A DNA stretch of 63,197 nt, the filler included, from Aduncisulcus paluster (taxonomy: Eukaryota): NCBI GenBank assembly GCA_024181965.1. It is 5 parts of 5 records of this genome, joined end to end, with 100 filler letters (N's around TTAATTAATTAA, not from the genome) between each part and the next. Parts side by side here need not be neighbours in the genome. Positions count along the whole stretch, not along the records: positions 1 to 17,349 come from BQXS01012756.1; 4 more parts are not named here. The stretch is one strand, 5' to 3'. The position numbers and the translations under genes are program-made. The notes beneath the pieces were generated by a model. The model was not told where the DNA came from. It did no database searches and saw only the letters and a program-made list of their open reading frames with translations. Shown here in pieces: positions 1 to 12,927 of the stretch; positions within the stretch are counted from its first letter, which is position 1; every line of letters begins with the position of its first letter.

Positions 1-1368
1 ATCTGGAGTGAGGTTAAACTCTCTGAAAGCGCCAAAATCTGATCAAGGGAAACATCTGAACCAACAGAACCACCAAACGATAACTGCGTGAGATTTGAAT
101 GCGAAGCAATCGGAGATAAACTTTGAATTGGATTGTTTGAAATATCAAGAGAATTTAGACCCCCATTATTTGCACAAACATATTGGATACCTTCGAGATC
201 AGATATATTATGATCATAACAGGCCAAATAAGTTTCATCATATCCTTCGAGAGCTTCAATTTGGGGAACACAATCGGGAACTAATTGTAAATATTCGCAC
301 AGACAAATCTTCATCTGTGGGTCTGGGATAATCGGCGGTTGCATGGACTCCATGGAATAAACCAGTGGTACATAAGATAAAATACACAATTTGTATCGTT
401 GAAAAAATTATAAGGCGTCTCGTTAACCATCTCATTATCAGTTATTGGGCAAACATGAAATAAAGACGCCCAACCCGACCGAGTTATTGGGCAAAATGTT
501 TAGCGTATAATTATGGAACAAGAAATCAATAACTAAAAAGAAATCCCATTAATAAACAACACGATAATGTTGGCGTTTCAATTGTATTTTTTTTATATAT
601 TGAGAATGGCCCGTTTTACAGAAATCCGATTTCTAGGACGAAACTGGGTCTCGCTAAATTTTTGATCGATAGGATTTTACGATAAATAATTGTTTTAGTA
701 AAATTTTGGTTTAATTTGCGAGATTTTTAGGTGTTTTTTGGTCGAAAGAACTATTATCAATTTTGTTGCTATATACAAATCTATTGAAAGTGATTCCCAC
801 CAAAATGCATTGTTGCTGATTGCTGTCAATTGAAATATCCAATTCTAAATATCGAGATATGATGTTTCATGTTCTTTCTTGTGATGAATTTTTTATCAAT
901 GAGAATAGAGGATAAAACTGATAAAAGGTATAATTTCATCCCGAAAACATTTTGTGGAGCAAATGGCATGATTTTATTGATTTGATTCCCCTCTTTATAC
1001 TGTTCCTTCATAACATCTTCATTGTACAACGTCTTAAGGATATTTTTCCAAGTAATTCCCAATATTCTTGGAGTATCATGATAAAAACGGAGCTAAAGCC
1101 ATTACAACTCATGTCCATGCCATTATTCTCCATCTAATGCTTGTTGTTGTTTGTAAATGATGTCGTTTGTTATTTGCCATACTACTCCCTAAAATACTGC
1201 TACAAATTTTAAACACTCAACTTTCTGGTTCTGTTCGTTGCTCCTGGTTTCCACCCATTGTCTCTGAAAGTAATTGAGAAAATGATACAACTGTCCCTTG
1301 CTTAACTCATTTGAATCTCGAATAACACATCAATAACATCAATAACATCAATACTATTCCCCAATCTG

Positions 1369-3175
1369 TGTGTCACATCATCTTATTCTTGGATTATGAT
1401 TCTTGATTCGTGATCTTTCCTTTGTTTTGCCGAATCCAAGCTTTTTCCTTCCCTCTCTCTCTTTCTCTCTCTGAACAGTTCAAACAACATAAGAAGAGAA
1501 CTTGATCTGCCCAATGAACTTGATTCTTTTTATTTTCTGCCAATCTATGTAGTAAATTTCCCCCCTTTTACCCCCATCCGTGGGGGTCCCCCCTGTACGG
1601 TGGTTGCACTGTACATTTCTTTAATATATTTTTTTCCCAAAAAAACAAAAACAAAAAAAAAATACAAACTTTCCACCGGCGGTGGCTGAGAAAAGTGGGG
1701 GAACCTCTACCAAAAAAATATTATTTTATTTGGTTTGTTCTATTTTTACTTGGTGATTGATGCGTGTATTGATTGATTTGTGATGTTTACAAAAATATTC
1801 ATGTGCATTGGATCTGAACTTCAGAGTAATGGATTTATAAACGATAGACTATTCAACCTGACCCAAGATGGTCTCTCTCTCTCTCTCTCTGAACAGTTCA
1901 AACAACATAAGAAGAGAACTTGATCTGCCCAATGAACTTGATTCTTTTTATTTTCTGCCAATCTATGTAGTAAATTTCCCCCCTTTTACCCCCATCCGTG
2001 GGGGTCCCCCCTGTACGGTGGTTGCACTGTACATTTCTTTAATATATTTTTTTCCCAAAAAAACAAAAACAAAAAAAAAATACAAACTTTCCACCGGCGG
2101 TGGCTGAGAAAAGTGGGGGAACCTCTACCAAAAAAATATTATTTTATTTGGTTTGTTCTATTTTTACTTGGTGATTGATGCGTGTATTGATTGATTTGTG
2201 ATGTTTACAAAAATATTCATGTGCATTGGATCTGAACTTCAGAGTAATGGATTTATAAACGATAGACTATTCAACCTGACCCAAGATGGTCTCTCTTTCT
2301 CTCTCTGAACAGTTCAAACAACATAAGAAGAGAACTTGATCTGCCCAATGAACTTGATTCTTTTTATTTTCTGCCAATCTATGTAGTAAATTTCCCCCCT
2401 TTTACCCCCATCCGTGGGGGTCCCCCCTGTACGGTGGTTGCACTGTACATTTCTTTAATATATTTTTTTCCCAAAAAAACAAAAACAAAAAAAAAATACA
2501 AACTTTCCACCGGCGGTGGCTGAGAAAAGTGGGGGAACCTCTACCAAAAAAATATTATTTTATTTGGTTTGTTCTATTTTTACTTGGTGATTGATGCGTG
2601 TATTGATTGATTTGTGATGTTTACAAAAATATTCATGTGCATTGGATCTGAAGTGTGTCACATCATCTTATTCTTGGATTATGATTCTTGATTCGTGATC
2701 TTTCCTTTGTTTTGCCGAATCCAAGCTTTTTCCTTCCCTCTCTCTCTTTCTCTCTCTGAACAGTTCAAACAACATAAGAAGAGAACTTGATCTGCCCAAT
2801 GAACTTGATTCTTTTTATTTTCTGCCAATCTATGTAGTAAATTTCCCCCCTTTTACCCCCATCCGTGGGGGTCCCCCCTGTACGGTGGTTGCACTGTACA
2901 TTTCTTTAATATATTTTTTTCCCAAAAAAACAAAAACAAAAAAAAAATACAAACTTTCCACCGGCGGTGGCTGAGAAAAGTGGGGGAACCTCTACCAAAA
3001 AAATATTATTTTATTTGGTTTGTTCTATTTTTACTTGGTGATTGATGCGTGTATTGATTGATTTGTGATGTTTACAAAAATATTCATGTGCATTGGATCT
3101 GAACTTCAGAGTAATGGATTTATAAACGATAGACTATTCAACCTGACCCAAGATGGTCTCTCTCTCTCTCTCTCT
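1369..3175. repeat. Tandem array of a ~418-bp unit (4 copies, one truncated) joined at (CT)n tracts, with a ~80-bp leader present twice (1369, 2653)
   Basis: The unit start ctgaacagttcaaac recurs at 1471, 1889, 2305 and 2756 with essentially identical downstream sequence. The third copy stops at ~2652. Confidence 0.95.
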
Positions 3176-5061
3176 GATGATTCAGGACTATATAGACAGG
3201 TCATGTGCCTATGATGTACTCTATTCTGACACTCCAAAGCCCTTCTTTTTCTTGTTCATGATGTTGGTCTACTCCGTCTTTCGCTTCTACTCTACCATAC
3301 TGACAAAGAAAGCCTTCGTGAAGAAACTGAGTGTAAGCAGAATGTAAATGAAGCTTTATTAAATACAAATGAGTTGGTTGATTGTCTTCCGAGCCATGTT
3401 CTTCTGTGTATATTATTATTGAATAGAACTACCTCAATAACGGTGTGTCATCAACTCTGCCTCCCTAATGGAGCCTCACAGAAAGATCCTTGGCTCTTAT
3501 ACTATACTATACTATCTCTTCTATTATCATTGTGGATTGGATTGCAGGATTTGTTGGATTACAGGATTTGTTGACTCGCTGCATCGCAAGAACAGTGGCG
3601 AGCAAGCCATCTTTGTCTCTCTCTCTCTCTCTCTCTCTCAGAATAACCATTGTGTGATTGCCTCTTGGTCTGGACTACACTCTCTTCTTTCTCCCCTCAA
3701 GACTCTTCCCCTTCTTCCTTACTATCACGAATATATATATATTTATATAACATTGGTCACCAATATGAATAACGTGAACGGCCCTTGGTTTATATCCTTC
3801 ATTACTCGTCCCTTCCTTCCACCTGTGCTTCTCCTTGACTCTCTCTGACTGGGTCAAACATGACATCCATATCGTTCCATAATGTCTTGGAGGTTGTTCT
3901 AAATACCATCTACATTTCAAGTGGACCATATGTGTGCATTAAATACAATAACCACAATCAAGGACATCGAACCGTGTCATGAACAACATGCAATCTGTCT
4001 TTCATTAGATACATTCATTGATATCTTTTAGTTATTAGACCCCATTGGACCCCATTGTATATCCCGAACTCTCTTCTCTCTTCACTACTTTCCCTTCTTC
4101 TCCCTTCCTTCTTCTTCCTTCCTTCTTCCTTCCTTCTTCGTTATCTTTCTCATCGGTTGATAACAATGAANNNNNNNNNNNNNNNNNNNNCAATCAAGGA
4201 CATCGAACCGTGTCATGAACAACATGCAATCTGTCTTTCATTAGATACATTCATTGATATCTTTTAGTTATTAGACCCCATTGGACCCCATTGTATATCC
4301 AGAACTCTCTTCTCTCTTCACTACTTTCCCTTCTTCTCCCTTCCTTCTTCTTCCTTCCTTCTTCCTTCCTTCTTCGTTATCTTTCTCATCGGTTGATAAA
4401 TTAATCAGTTTCATAACCTTAATAATAAATCCCACCACGCCCTATGATGCCAATCAATATTTGGACTTTTGGCATTGCCCTGTGGTGGGGTTTAATAGTT
4501 AACTAGAAAAAAAAGAAATCTGAGGAGAAGGTGACAGAGTTACAACGTGAGCTATATCCTATCTTTAATCTCATCCAACAGTGTGTTTGATCCAGCTACC
4601 CGTAAAAAATACCTCCTCACATCCTTCATTTCCTGCCTTTATGTTATTCCTTTTGGATAACGATAATCCAATGCCATAATCACATAACCCAAATCTTATT
4701 ATTCTTAAGTGATGTTTATCTTCCCCACGAGGGAGTTCTTTTATGAACTTAATTGATATATTCTTGTCGACATGCATCACTGTGATGTCATAAGACTTTT
4801 CGTCATCTCGAATTGATAATGATGTTTCTCGAGGCTGTGTTTTTCCATTCTCCCATGCCGTTAGATCTGCCCTTGTTGGAATATGGTGCAGATGCGGTGT
4901 ATTAACATTGTGTTGAGATGCCAGCCGGGCTTCACCATTCCGAGTTGAATCATGTACAATAGATCTGACATCTCCGGTGAGAGTTTATCCTTGGTGGATA
5001 CAATATGTGCCAACAACTGATATGCACTTTTTTCCTAGAGCTGTTGGATTTTCTTTAGCTT

Positions 5062-5439
5062 TCATGACGCATACTTTAAGCAGACCCCTTGCTTTTGCAA
5101 TGTGAGAGCGTACATAGGGTGTCTTTGGCACTGAAAAAAAAAAAAAGGTTCAATGGACTTGAATATCTGAGATGACAATAATAGCCCCGAATCCTCTGGA
5201 CATTGTGGAACGACAAGAGCATTGAAATGGCTGTTTTCGAGGAATAGAACCACTGGGAATGTCTCCCCTTCATCCCCTGAGAATGAGGGTATCATAGTTG
5301 GCTTTTTTGTTATGGTATTTGTATACACCGTCGCTACAATCACTTTACACTTTAACAAGTCACATAGGATCTTGATGAAGTGATTATCTGTGAAGCCTTT
5401 CCTCAATAGCAAATCATAATATGCCTCCACTGTCTCCAC
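5062..5439 (-). pseudogene. OTU-like cysteine protease, C-terminal half (fragment)
   Basis: YYDLLLRKGFTDNHFIKILCDLLKCKVIV...VVLFLENSHFNAL fits the OTU helix/strand pattern ending in the catalytic His (HY/HF). The Cys half is absent from this frame. Confidence 0.5.
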
Positions 5440-5940
5440 GCCACGATCTCTTAAAATTGCGGGACAAGGTGGGTCCTTGGGGGGCTTTTTACCTCATTTC
5501 TCCCTGGCTTTATTGTAATAGTTCTCACAATCTCAGGCTTCGTAATCAGAACTTTCTCACCCTCTGCGAATGGCTTCTTCTCCGCATCCGTAGGCCTTTT
5601 GGCAATGGGTTGCTGGATGATTGGTCATCTCACAGTAGGGGCACTTCGGGAATTTTCCTTTCTTTCCCAGTACACCCCAATACCTTGGACCACTAGTCAT
5701 GGTCTTGGACGTTCCTTTTGCCAGGGCAAATCGTGCTCACAGCGTCAATAAACGCTTTTTTGGTGCGCCGCAGCCAGAATGTCCCCCTGTAAAAACGTTT
5801 CTTGACCCCAAAGAGCCACACGATTCGGCCATCTTGTTAAAGATTCGACCCTCTCGATGATCTTTGGGATGGGCGAAAACCACAGTCCCAGTTTTCCTGC
5901 CAAATTGGATGAAGATTTATGGATTTTGGCCTTTAAGTTG

Positions 5941-6306
5941 TTACGATCTACTAAAATTAAAATGTATCATCCTTATAGATGGATATCTATCATCGATGAA
6001 TGAGAGTTTTAAACTAAGTCCCCTAAAGGTTTCAGTGGGATAGTCCCCTTGAATTTCTGCAACGTGGAACTCCTTCCGACAGTTGGGGCATTTTTTATAA
6101 GGATGATCCAGTATGTAGGAGTACCTTGTCTTCCCGGATTGTCGGAAGTGCTCTTCTCCTTTTTTCAAGCCCTTCTTGAAACAGGTGTGGCATAGGAAAG
6201 AAGAGCAGCTCTTACACCTATGAACAGCGTAGGCATTCTCGCCTGAGGTATCGAAGCTTTCTAAGCAGACAACGCATTCACGTCCAGTGAGTTCGCAAGG
6301 GAACAA
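5941..6306 (-). pseudogene. RING-finger protein fragment
   Basis: CVVC...HRCKSCSSFLCHTC...CPNCR, a RING-like Cys pattern. No ATG start; lies among broken ORFs. Confidence 0.55.
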
Positions 6307-6901
6307 GTATGGGCGGTATTTGAGTGGAGGTAGGGTGCATAACTAAAAAAAATGTAAGTAATTTATTTTTAAAAATGAACAAAATAATGTTAATACTCGT
6401 GTTTACCAGCTAGTTAATGCCTTGTGAATTCATATGTGTGAATGCGTCGTGAACGTGTAGTGATCATTTCCTCTCTTGCACGTCTCCATCCTTCTTCTAC
6501 TTCTCCTCCACCTCGAATAATTCTAATTCTCTCTTCCTCTTCTTCTTGTTTCTTTTTTTCACCTTCTTCAATAATTAATTGACGTATAATTTCGGTTATC
6601 CTTTGTTCATCAGATGCGTCTCCTTCCATATTCATTCCATAGGTCTTTTCCATCCAAAATCTAACATCGTCTACTAATCGCTTTGAGGGATATTCTGGCC
6701 TTTTTCTCGCTATTTTGGCTCGATATTCTTCGGTTATAATGTGATTCAATCTATCAATTAACATTTCTTTGCCGTCATCTAAAAGATTTTTATAGGTGTT
6801 TGGAAAAGGATGTAGAGTGACATTCACACTGAAATTTGTAAAGACTGTAATCTTTATATACAATTTCAATTATTCTCTTTTCAAATAATTCTCATAACTC
6901 C

Positions 6902-7500
6902 TTAGATGAATGTAACTTTATCATGAGTTACTGAACTGTCATTCATTCCATATATGACAAGGGTGGTGAAGATAGAAATGTCCAATACAAATTTCTTGTC
7001 GTCAATATGAATCCTTCTCTGTCTCACTTTCGACCAATGGCAGAATGAAGATAAGCAGAAACTCCAAAAACTTCTTTGTCTCAGCCCCCCCCTCCAGGAT
7101 CCTCTTCTCGTAAAGAATGGAATATATTGCAGTATATCTCGACACATGTCCATGCATACATCAAAATATTCTTCGAGGAATACTGCAGTATATCCCATTT
7201 TTGAAACCACTCGATTAAAAAGGGCGTTCAAAGACCGTAAACCTTGGGATTTGTAACAACTGTGTAGAATATCAAACGTTTGATGTTTGAATAGTTGAAA
7301 TGATGACAGTTGTGATGACTCATGAGGGAACAATGGCGGGCCTTTCTTTCCTGTGTCAGCAGTATGGGTGGTGAGAGTCCGTTCGCACCCCAGTGTGGTA
7401 GGGTGACTAATGAGATCAGAACAACAGCAAACACATGGGTACCGAGATGTACAGCTTTTCATTGATGTTTAGATTCCTCTGTTTTTCGTCACATATAAAT
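6902..7500 (-). mobile_element. Degenerate CMC-type (Plavaka/Mirage/CACTA-like) transposase, central part
   Basis: ICDEKQRNLN (~7470-7495), frameshift, then MKSCTSRYPCVCC...FDILHS. This is the D-x-x-x-R...YPC-x-x-C...D-x-L-H motif order of CMC transposases. Confidence 0.55.
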
Positions 7501-7512
7501 GCAAAGACGTCA

Positions 7513-8306
7513 TCAAAATGAATCTAATGGGGGTTGAAAAAGATGGATAAATTCATCATGGTTCGCGGACACAGTCTCTCTACTCGAATGATCTTGAAAT
7601 TCGGTAACCTGTATCATCCTTATAGATGGATATGATGTTCTAATTGACACAAGATCTCTCCCTGCCTGCTCAGAATCACAGAATCTGTGATATTCCTCGT
7701 TAGAGGCAACCATAAGAGATCTCGAGTATACGCTCCGCAAAGCCTGAGGAGTTCCATGTGCATCACATCTCCTACCATGTGTGAGAGAAAGGCGAGAATG
7801 AGATCGAACTTGAGTGGAGCAGAGATGGTCTCCTATCGGTTGGGGCAGTATAGTACAGGATAATATCTCGTTTCGTGCTGTATGGTGCTGGAGAGTGCCA
7901 AGATGGAGGTCAATCCCTGTGCAATCGCACATGTGGCATGGATGATAGCCCAACACTTTTGTCCCTGCAAACTTCGCCAGCCCCGTTCTAGTTCTTGGGC
8001 CTCCTCCTCAACGATAATTGCAGCTGTGCCGTAGGGATCAGCTACCCGAATCTCATCGATCATACTAACCTCATGAACTGAAGAAGTCAGTCTCAAGGTG
8101 ACGTACTTTCCTGAGACACTAACTCCATCAACAAAGTAGACAAGCAAAACGAATTTCCAAGAACATTTGTGAAGTGGATGGATTATCCACTCCGAGTCGG
8201 AAGCGGTGGTTGAGACACAATGACCTGTCGTCCAAACCTTCTCCCCTAATTCTTTAACTGTGGTTGAAACTTGGGAAGCGAGCTGTCGTTGCCTCGTAAT
8301 CATCAT
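7513..8306 (-). mobile_element. Degenerate CMC-type transposase, N-terminal catalytic part (paralog of 9670-10377)
   Basis: LVYFVDGVSVSG...LTSSVHEVSMIDEIR, then a frameshift into GYHPCHMCDCTGIDLHL. Clearly homologous to the 9670-10377 ORF. Confidence 0.55.
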
Positions 8307-9199
8307 GGCTTACTATCGACAATCTCTCAATAAGGTGATCAATATCATCGTGGGTGATCGATGAAGTGATGGCAGCTTCTTTTAAGCCATGAATAGGTAA
8401 AATAAGCATCCCTTTAAAATTAAAATGTTCTAGAACAGAAAAAGGTGGTTTTGGAATTTCACTAAGAGTTATTGATGATTCTTTGACTAACTGAAAATAG
8501 TTCGGAATTTTTGGAATCAATCGGTCTACTCGAGAAGCTTTTCAGCTTGGTCTATTTTTGGACCCCTTAAAATTATTCCTATTTTCAAATTTTCCTCACT
8601 AATATCCCATCGTGGAAGGGGAAATAACAACAAATAATTATTAAGATAGCAAATCGTAAAGAATGGTAAATCATGATAATATGAAATATACGGATATCGC
8701 CTTGAAAATGTTGAGGCTCTATCCGGAGCAAAGAGGCCTTGTACTGATTTGATTATTCTATATTGTTGCTTCGATCAAACCCGTAGTATCCTTCTTCTGA
8801 TGCCCATTTCTGCATCTTACATTCCATCTCCTCTCGTACAATTCCATACTCCTTAATGCTAACGCCTCTCCTCACAATTCGATATAGATTCCTCACATGC
8901 TCACTAGCACTGGTCCAATATTGTCTTAAATAATAATAATCTGATGAATCGGGTTCACCACCGCCATTATCGTCAATGTCAAAATCTAAGACTTCATCTT
9001 ACACTTAATAGTACAGTACAGTATAGCTTTCTTTCTGACAGAGGGGTATTTTCTTTCTTCAGGTGTCTTGCGTTTCGGTTTTGGATATTTGATCCAATTG
9101 TTATAAATTTATCCCCACTACACTGGGGTACCCATGACCACATCCTACCCCCCTTCCTCCCCACCGCACTATTCATTTCGGCTAATCCAGCGAAACCTT

Positions 9200-9669
9200 T
9201 GGGTGGGAGGATTACACCATGAATGATGGTGTTAATGATACACATTTTTCCGATTTCGCTATTGCTCCTATATCATCATCCGAACATCATCCACTCCTTA
9301 CTCTCTCCTCTACTTCATCAATAAGGGACATATCTTCGCTAAGCCTTGAATATTGATGAACCTTCTGTCGGCTTTTTACCCAATATTGGGTTTCGTTGTT
9401 GGGGGAGATTGCTTGATCCAACGGAATCTCACCAAGTGCCCCAAAGACGGCATAATATCCACACATACATCCAGCTCCACTCACAGATAAAGCTGAAGCC
9501 GGTTTGAGGATGTTTTGCAGTTTCGAACCATCCGATGAAAACTTTGAAATTTTAAAGGTTTTGTGAGCGTAATCACTTGGATTCCCATTAGGTTTGGGAA
9601 ATGTTTTTTCCATAAATTTTCAAAATTAATCTCAATATCAGCAATTCGAATCTCTCTGCTTGTTTTCAA
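9200..9669 (-). pseudogene. OTU-like protease, N-terminal (Cys) half, frameshifted
   Basis: LSVSGAGCMCGYYAVFGAL resembles the OTU V-x-G-D-G-x-C-x-Y/F-x-A motif. Followed by SDDDIGAIAK after a stop. Confidence 0.4.
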
Positions 9670-10700
9670 TTATATATTTAAGTAAATAATATTATTTAAA
9701 TAGAAGATGAGGTAAGAATTTTCGGTGGTGGCCTTCCCACTTGACTGGTTTATTGGTCTATCCATACGGATGGAATTAGTACATTGGGTTTCTCGACTCC
9801 GACTCGCTGCTTCAACGATTTCAACCTCTTGCCGAGGAGTATCTTTCCATGTTCCGATAGTACAATCGGATGAGAAGCGGAGGAAGTCTGGCCACATGTG
9901 TCGGTATGGTGAGATGCTAATTCCCTTCCCATTAAAGAGATTGACCCTGTCTCCCACTCTGTCTCCCACCGGGTGCGATCTTTTTTTTTTACCTGCTAGT
10001 GCAAGGTGAAGGCTCAGGTCCGAAGCATCACAGATGTGACAGGGAGTTTTACCGCCATGTGGAGTCCCACTGAATGCAGCTCTTTGAGGGGAGTCGGCGA
10101 TAAGGTTCTGTAACCCCCCGGAGATAATACAATCTTCACAGAACATTCCATTCTCGAGAATGGTGGTTTCGTGACAAATAATGTCAGCGCAAATCTTACT
10201 GCTGTTAAGGATCCTCAGCTCATCAATCATTGCAACTTCATGAACTGAGGAATCGAGTCGGAGATGGTTAAACACATTGGAAATTTGGCATTTCACACAC
10301 AAATACCGTACAATTCCGGACACACTGACCCCATCGGCGAACCACCTAAGAGAAACCCAATACCATTCTATCTCCAAGATAGACCAGTCCTAGAAACCAA
10401 ATTTCTAAAGAGTACAGTTGGGGTTCGGGCTCTCCTTCCAATACATGAGCTGGGTGGAAACCAGGCCATCTCTCCTCTCTCTCCATTCTTCTTATTGCAG
10501 CTCTTAGTCTTTCTTCCTCTACACTATCGATTATTATTTCTCCTTGAATTCATTCTTCTTTTTCTTCTTCAAACCTTGATCCATAAACAATCATCGTTCT
10601 CTCCATCTCGTTTCTTGTGGCAAATGCCGCGTCAACTTCTTTGGGGGTGGGTATTGAAATTTTCCCTTCTGCATCAACCTCGGATCTCAATTGTCGATAT
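9670..10700 (-). mobile_element. Degenerate CMC-type transposase
   Basis: WVSLRWFADGVSVSG (first catalytic Asp) and LIADSPQRAAFSGTPHGGKTPCHICD (D-x-P-x-R...C-x-x-C). Frameshifted coding-like sequence continues upstream. Confidence 0.6.
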
Positions 10701-12402
10701 ATTCGCTGTGAAATTTGAGATCGGTCAAAGAAAGAGAAGTGTGAATTTCTGGTTCACTCCTCTGAGTTCAAATATGTGAGTGGAAGGGAGATCAAAAATA
10801 CTGGGGCCTGAATCTGTTGTAAAGGAGTTTTGCCGAGCAGTGCTGAGAAATTGATGGATTCAGAACTGTTTTAATGTCCACTGCTGACATTGATGTCATG
10901 AACAAACCAGATTGTTTCTGTAGGTTCTTTGGCACTATGAGTTTGATCCAATCCAACTCATGCAGACGATTGCCGATATATATGGGCGACTAGTAGTACC
11001 ATGAGCCCCGACGAACTTCTTGGTGATCATGTTGAGATTATTGACATCTGCACACAACCTTTGATGCCTAAATGAAAAGTGGGATTATTACACCAAAGTA
11101 AAATTGCATCAAGTTGTTATTTATTCATCTTGGGTTTCTTCCTGGTCTTCATCTTCATTAAGGACCTTGATATTTTTTTTATTTAAAGATCTGATATACC
11201 AGATGATTCTTCTTCTTCATAATCAGGGGCAGATTGATGAATCTGGCTGAATTCTTCAGACAGTAACGGAGAAATCCCACTGGTTGTAAGTTCTTCAGTG
11301 AGTTCAAGGGTTTGACTTGATACAGTATCTTTCCACTTGAAGAATAGAAATATCCGTGATCTGACCTTTGAAGCGATCGTAGTTCTTTTTCAACGAGTCG
11401 TTCTTCTTTTTCATGTTGGCCAAGGTGTAGGATGTCTTGTCTCCCAAATTCTTCTCAAAGAAAGTCATGATTTGGCCATCTGTCCATACTGCTATTTTCG
11501 TTCCAAGAACCGAACTTGATCGGATCTCTTCAAGGATAATAGACTGTTTCTTAATCCTTGGAATTTGACGTCTTGCCTTCACCTTCTTCTTTCCATATTC
11601 AATCTTACAAATCTCTGCCAAGAGTCTTAAGGCAATTCTGATACTGAGAGAGTCGAGTTCAGATGTAATTCTGGAGGATACCTCAAGGAATTTCTGCAGA
11701 TTATCTGCCTTAACGTCATCAACATGCTCTATCGATGGGGGCGCGAAATTTGTTTTTATCAGTGGCCAACTTCTAGAGAGGGTTTCAATCGCCTGTGAGG
11801 CTCAAAACACTACAGTCAGGGTAAAATAATCGTAGTCTATCAATAAACTTCTCAGTTGGGTTAAACAGAATGCTAATTGTAGCAGGAAATAGAGGAATAC
11901 GGAGCGAACAAAGTTTCTCTATAAACTGTCTTCCTTCTTGAACAGTGCATAATAATTGTGCCGCATCACCATGGTATAGTTCTGTGGTTTTGGAAGAGGA
12001 ATGACGTCCTATGCTCTGCAACGAATCCCTCGTTGCGCCAAGAAGCTTGTAGAGAGAGAGACAGGTGCGCTTCAGAGAGTGGGAACAAATGGTATCATCA
12101 TAGTTCTTGTTTCATATACTATACGATACAAATGTGGCATATCTTTTCCAAAAAACAAGGCCTCATCATAATTATCATCAACATCCATTTCCAGAAGTTT
12201 ACGCATTATATCTCGACAATGACGAAGGCAATCATCAATTCTTCTAACCATAGAAAGTACACATATCTAACAACTTTTATAACACTATCGAATGAATATA
12301 ATCACACCTCTTAAGCCGAACAACCATTTGACATTCACAGGCCAGTTCTCGTGCTTCTTTCACGAATTCCTCGAATAAACTTCCACTTGTATAACTGCAA
12401 TA

Positions 12403-12588
12403 TTAATTGTGCTGATTCTGAAAATTTCCTTGTGATGATGAGGAATTTCTTAAATGAGCAGAAGATAGCATATGGCAAGCAATAGAGCGTGAATTAATAG
12501 ATAAACAATTGGAATCACATATTTTGCAATATTCTTTTTTTTGAGTTGCAATAAAAGTTTTCCTTGATGAGAAGATTGATGGATTCAA
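12403..12588 (-). pseudogene. C2H2 (matrin/U1-type) zinc-finger fragment
   Basis: YCKICDSNCLSINSRSIACHMLSSAHLRN. Confidence 0.5.
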
Positions 12589-12927
12589 TAGTATTATTTC
12601 AAATTAAATCCGCCCATAGATAAGATAAAAGCATGTTCTAGATCATATCTAACCCTCTGTTTGACACATATTCAATCGTTTTTTTCATTAACTCGGGCGT
12701 CATATCTTTATAAAATCCACATAACATGGCAAAGAACTTACGATTAGTAGGGACAGTGAAATTTGTCTTCCATTTTCAAACAAACTTCACGAAATGGATC
12801 GAAGTTGGGTAAATTTATTCCATTGTCTAAAATGAAAATATGATTTTTTAAATATGGAATTGTAAATTAATAAAAATAAAACTTTTAAAAAGTTGGGTCG
12901 ACAAATTTATTGATTATTTCCAAATCA

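Noticed and set aside
1603..1612. TTGCAC resembling the U1 snRNA loop II
   Set aside because: There is no ACTTACC 5' end or Sm site in the right context, and the motif is partly within a stem.
1369..3175. CRISPR-like or coding interpretation of the tandem array (ORF 1868-2107)
   Set aside because: There are no unique spacers and the context is eukaryotic. The ORF depends on the (CT)n length and is not kept in frame in the other copies.
3950..4400. ~200-bp direct repeat
   Set aside because: It straddles the 20-N gap at 4171-4190; probably a haplotype or overlap artefact.
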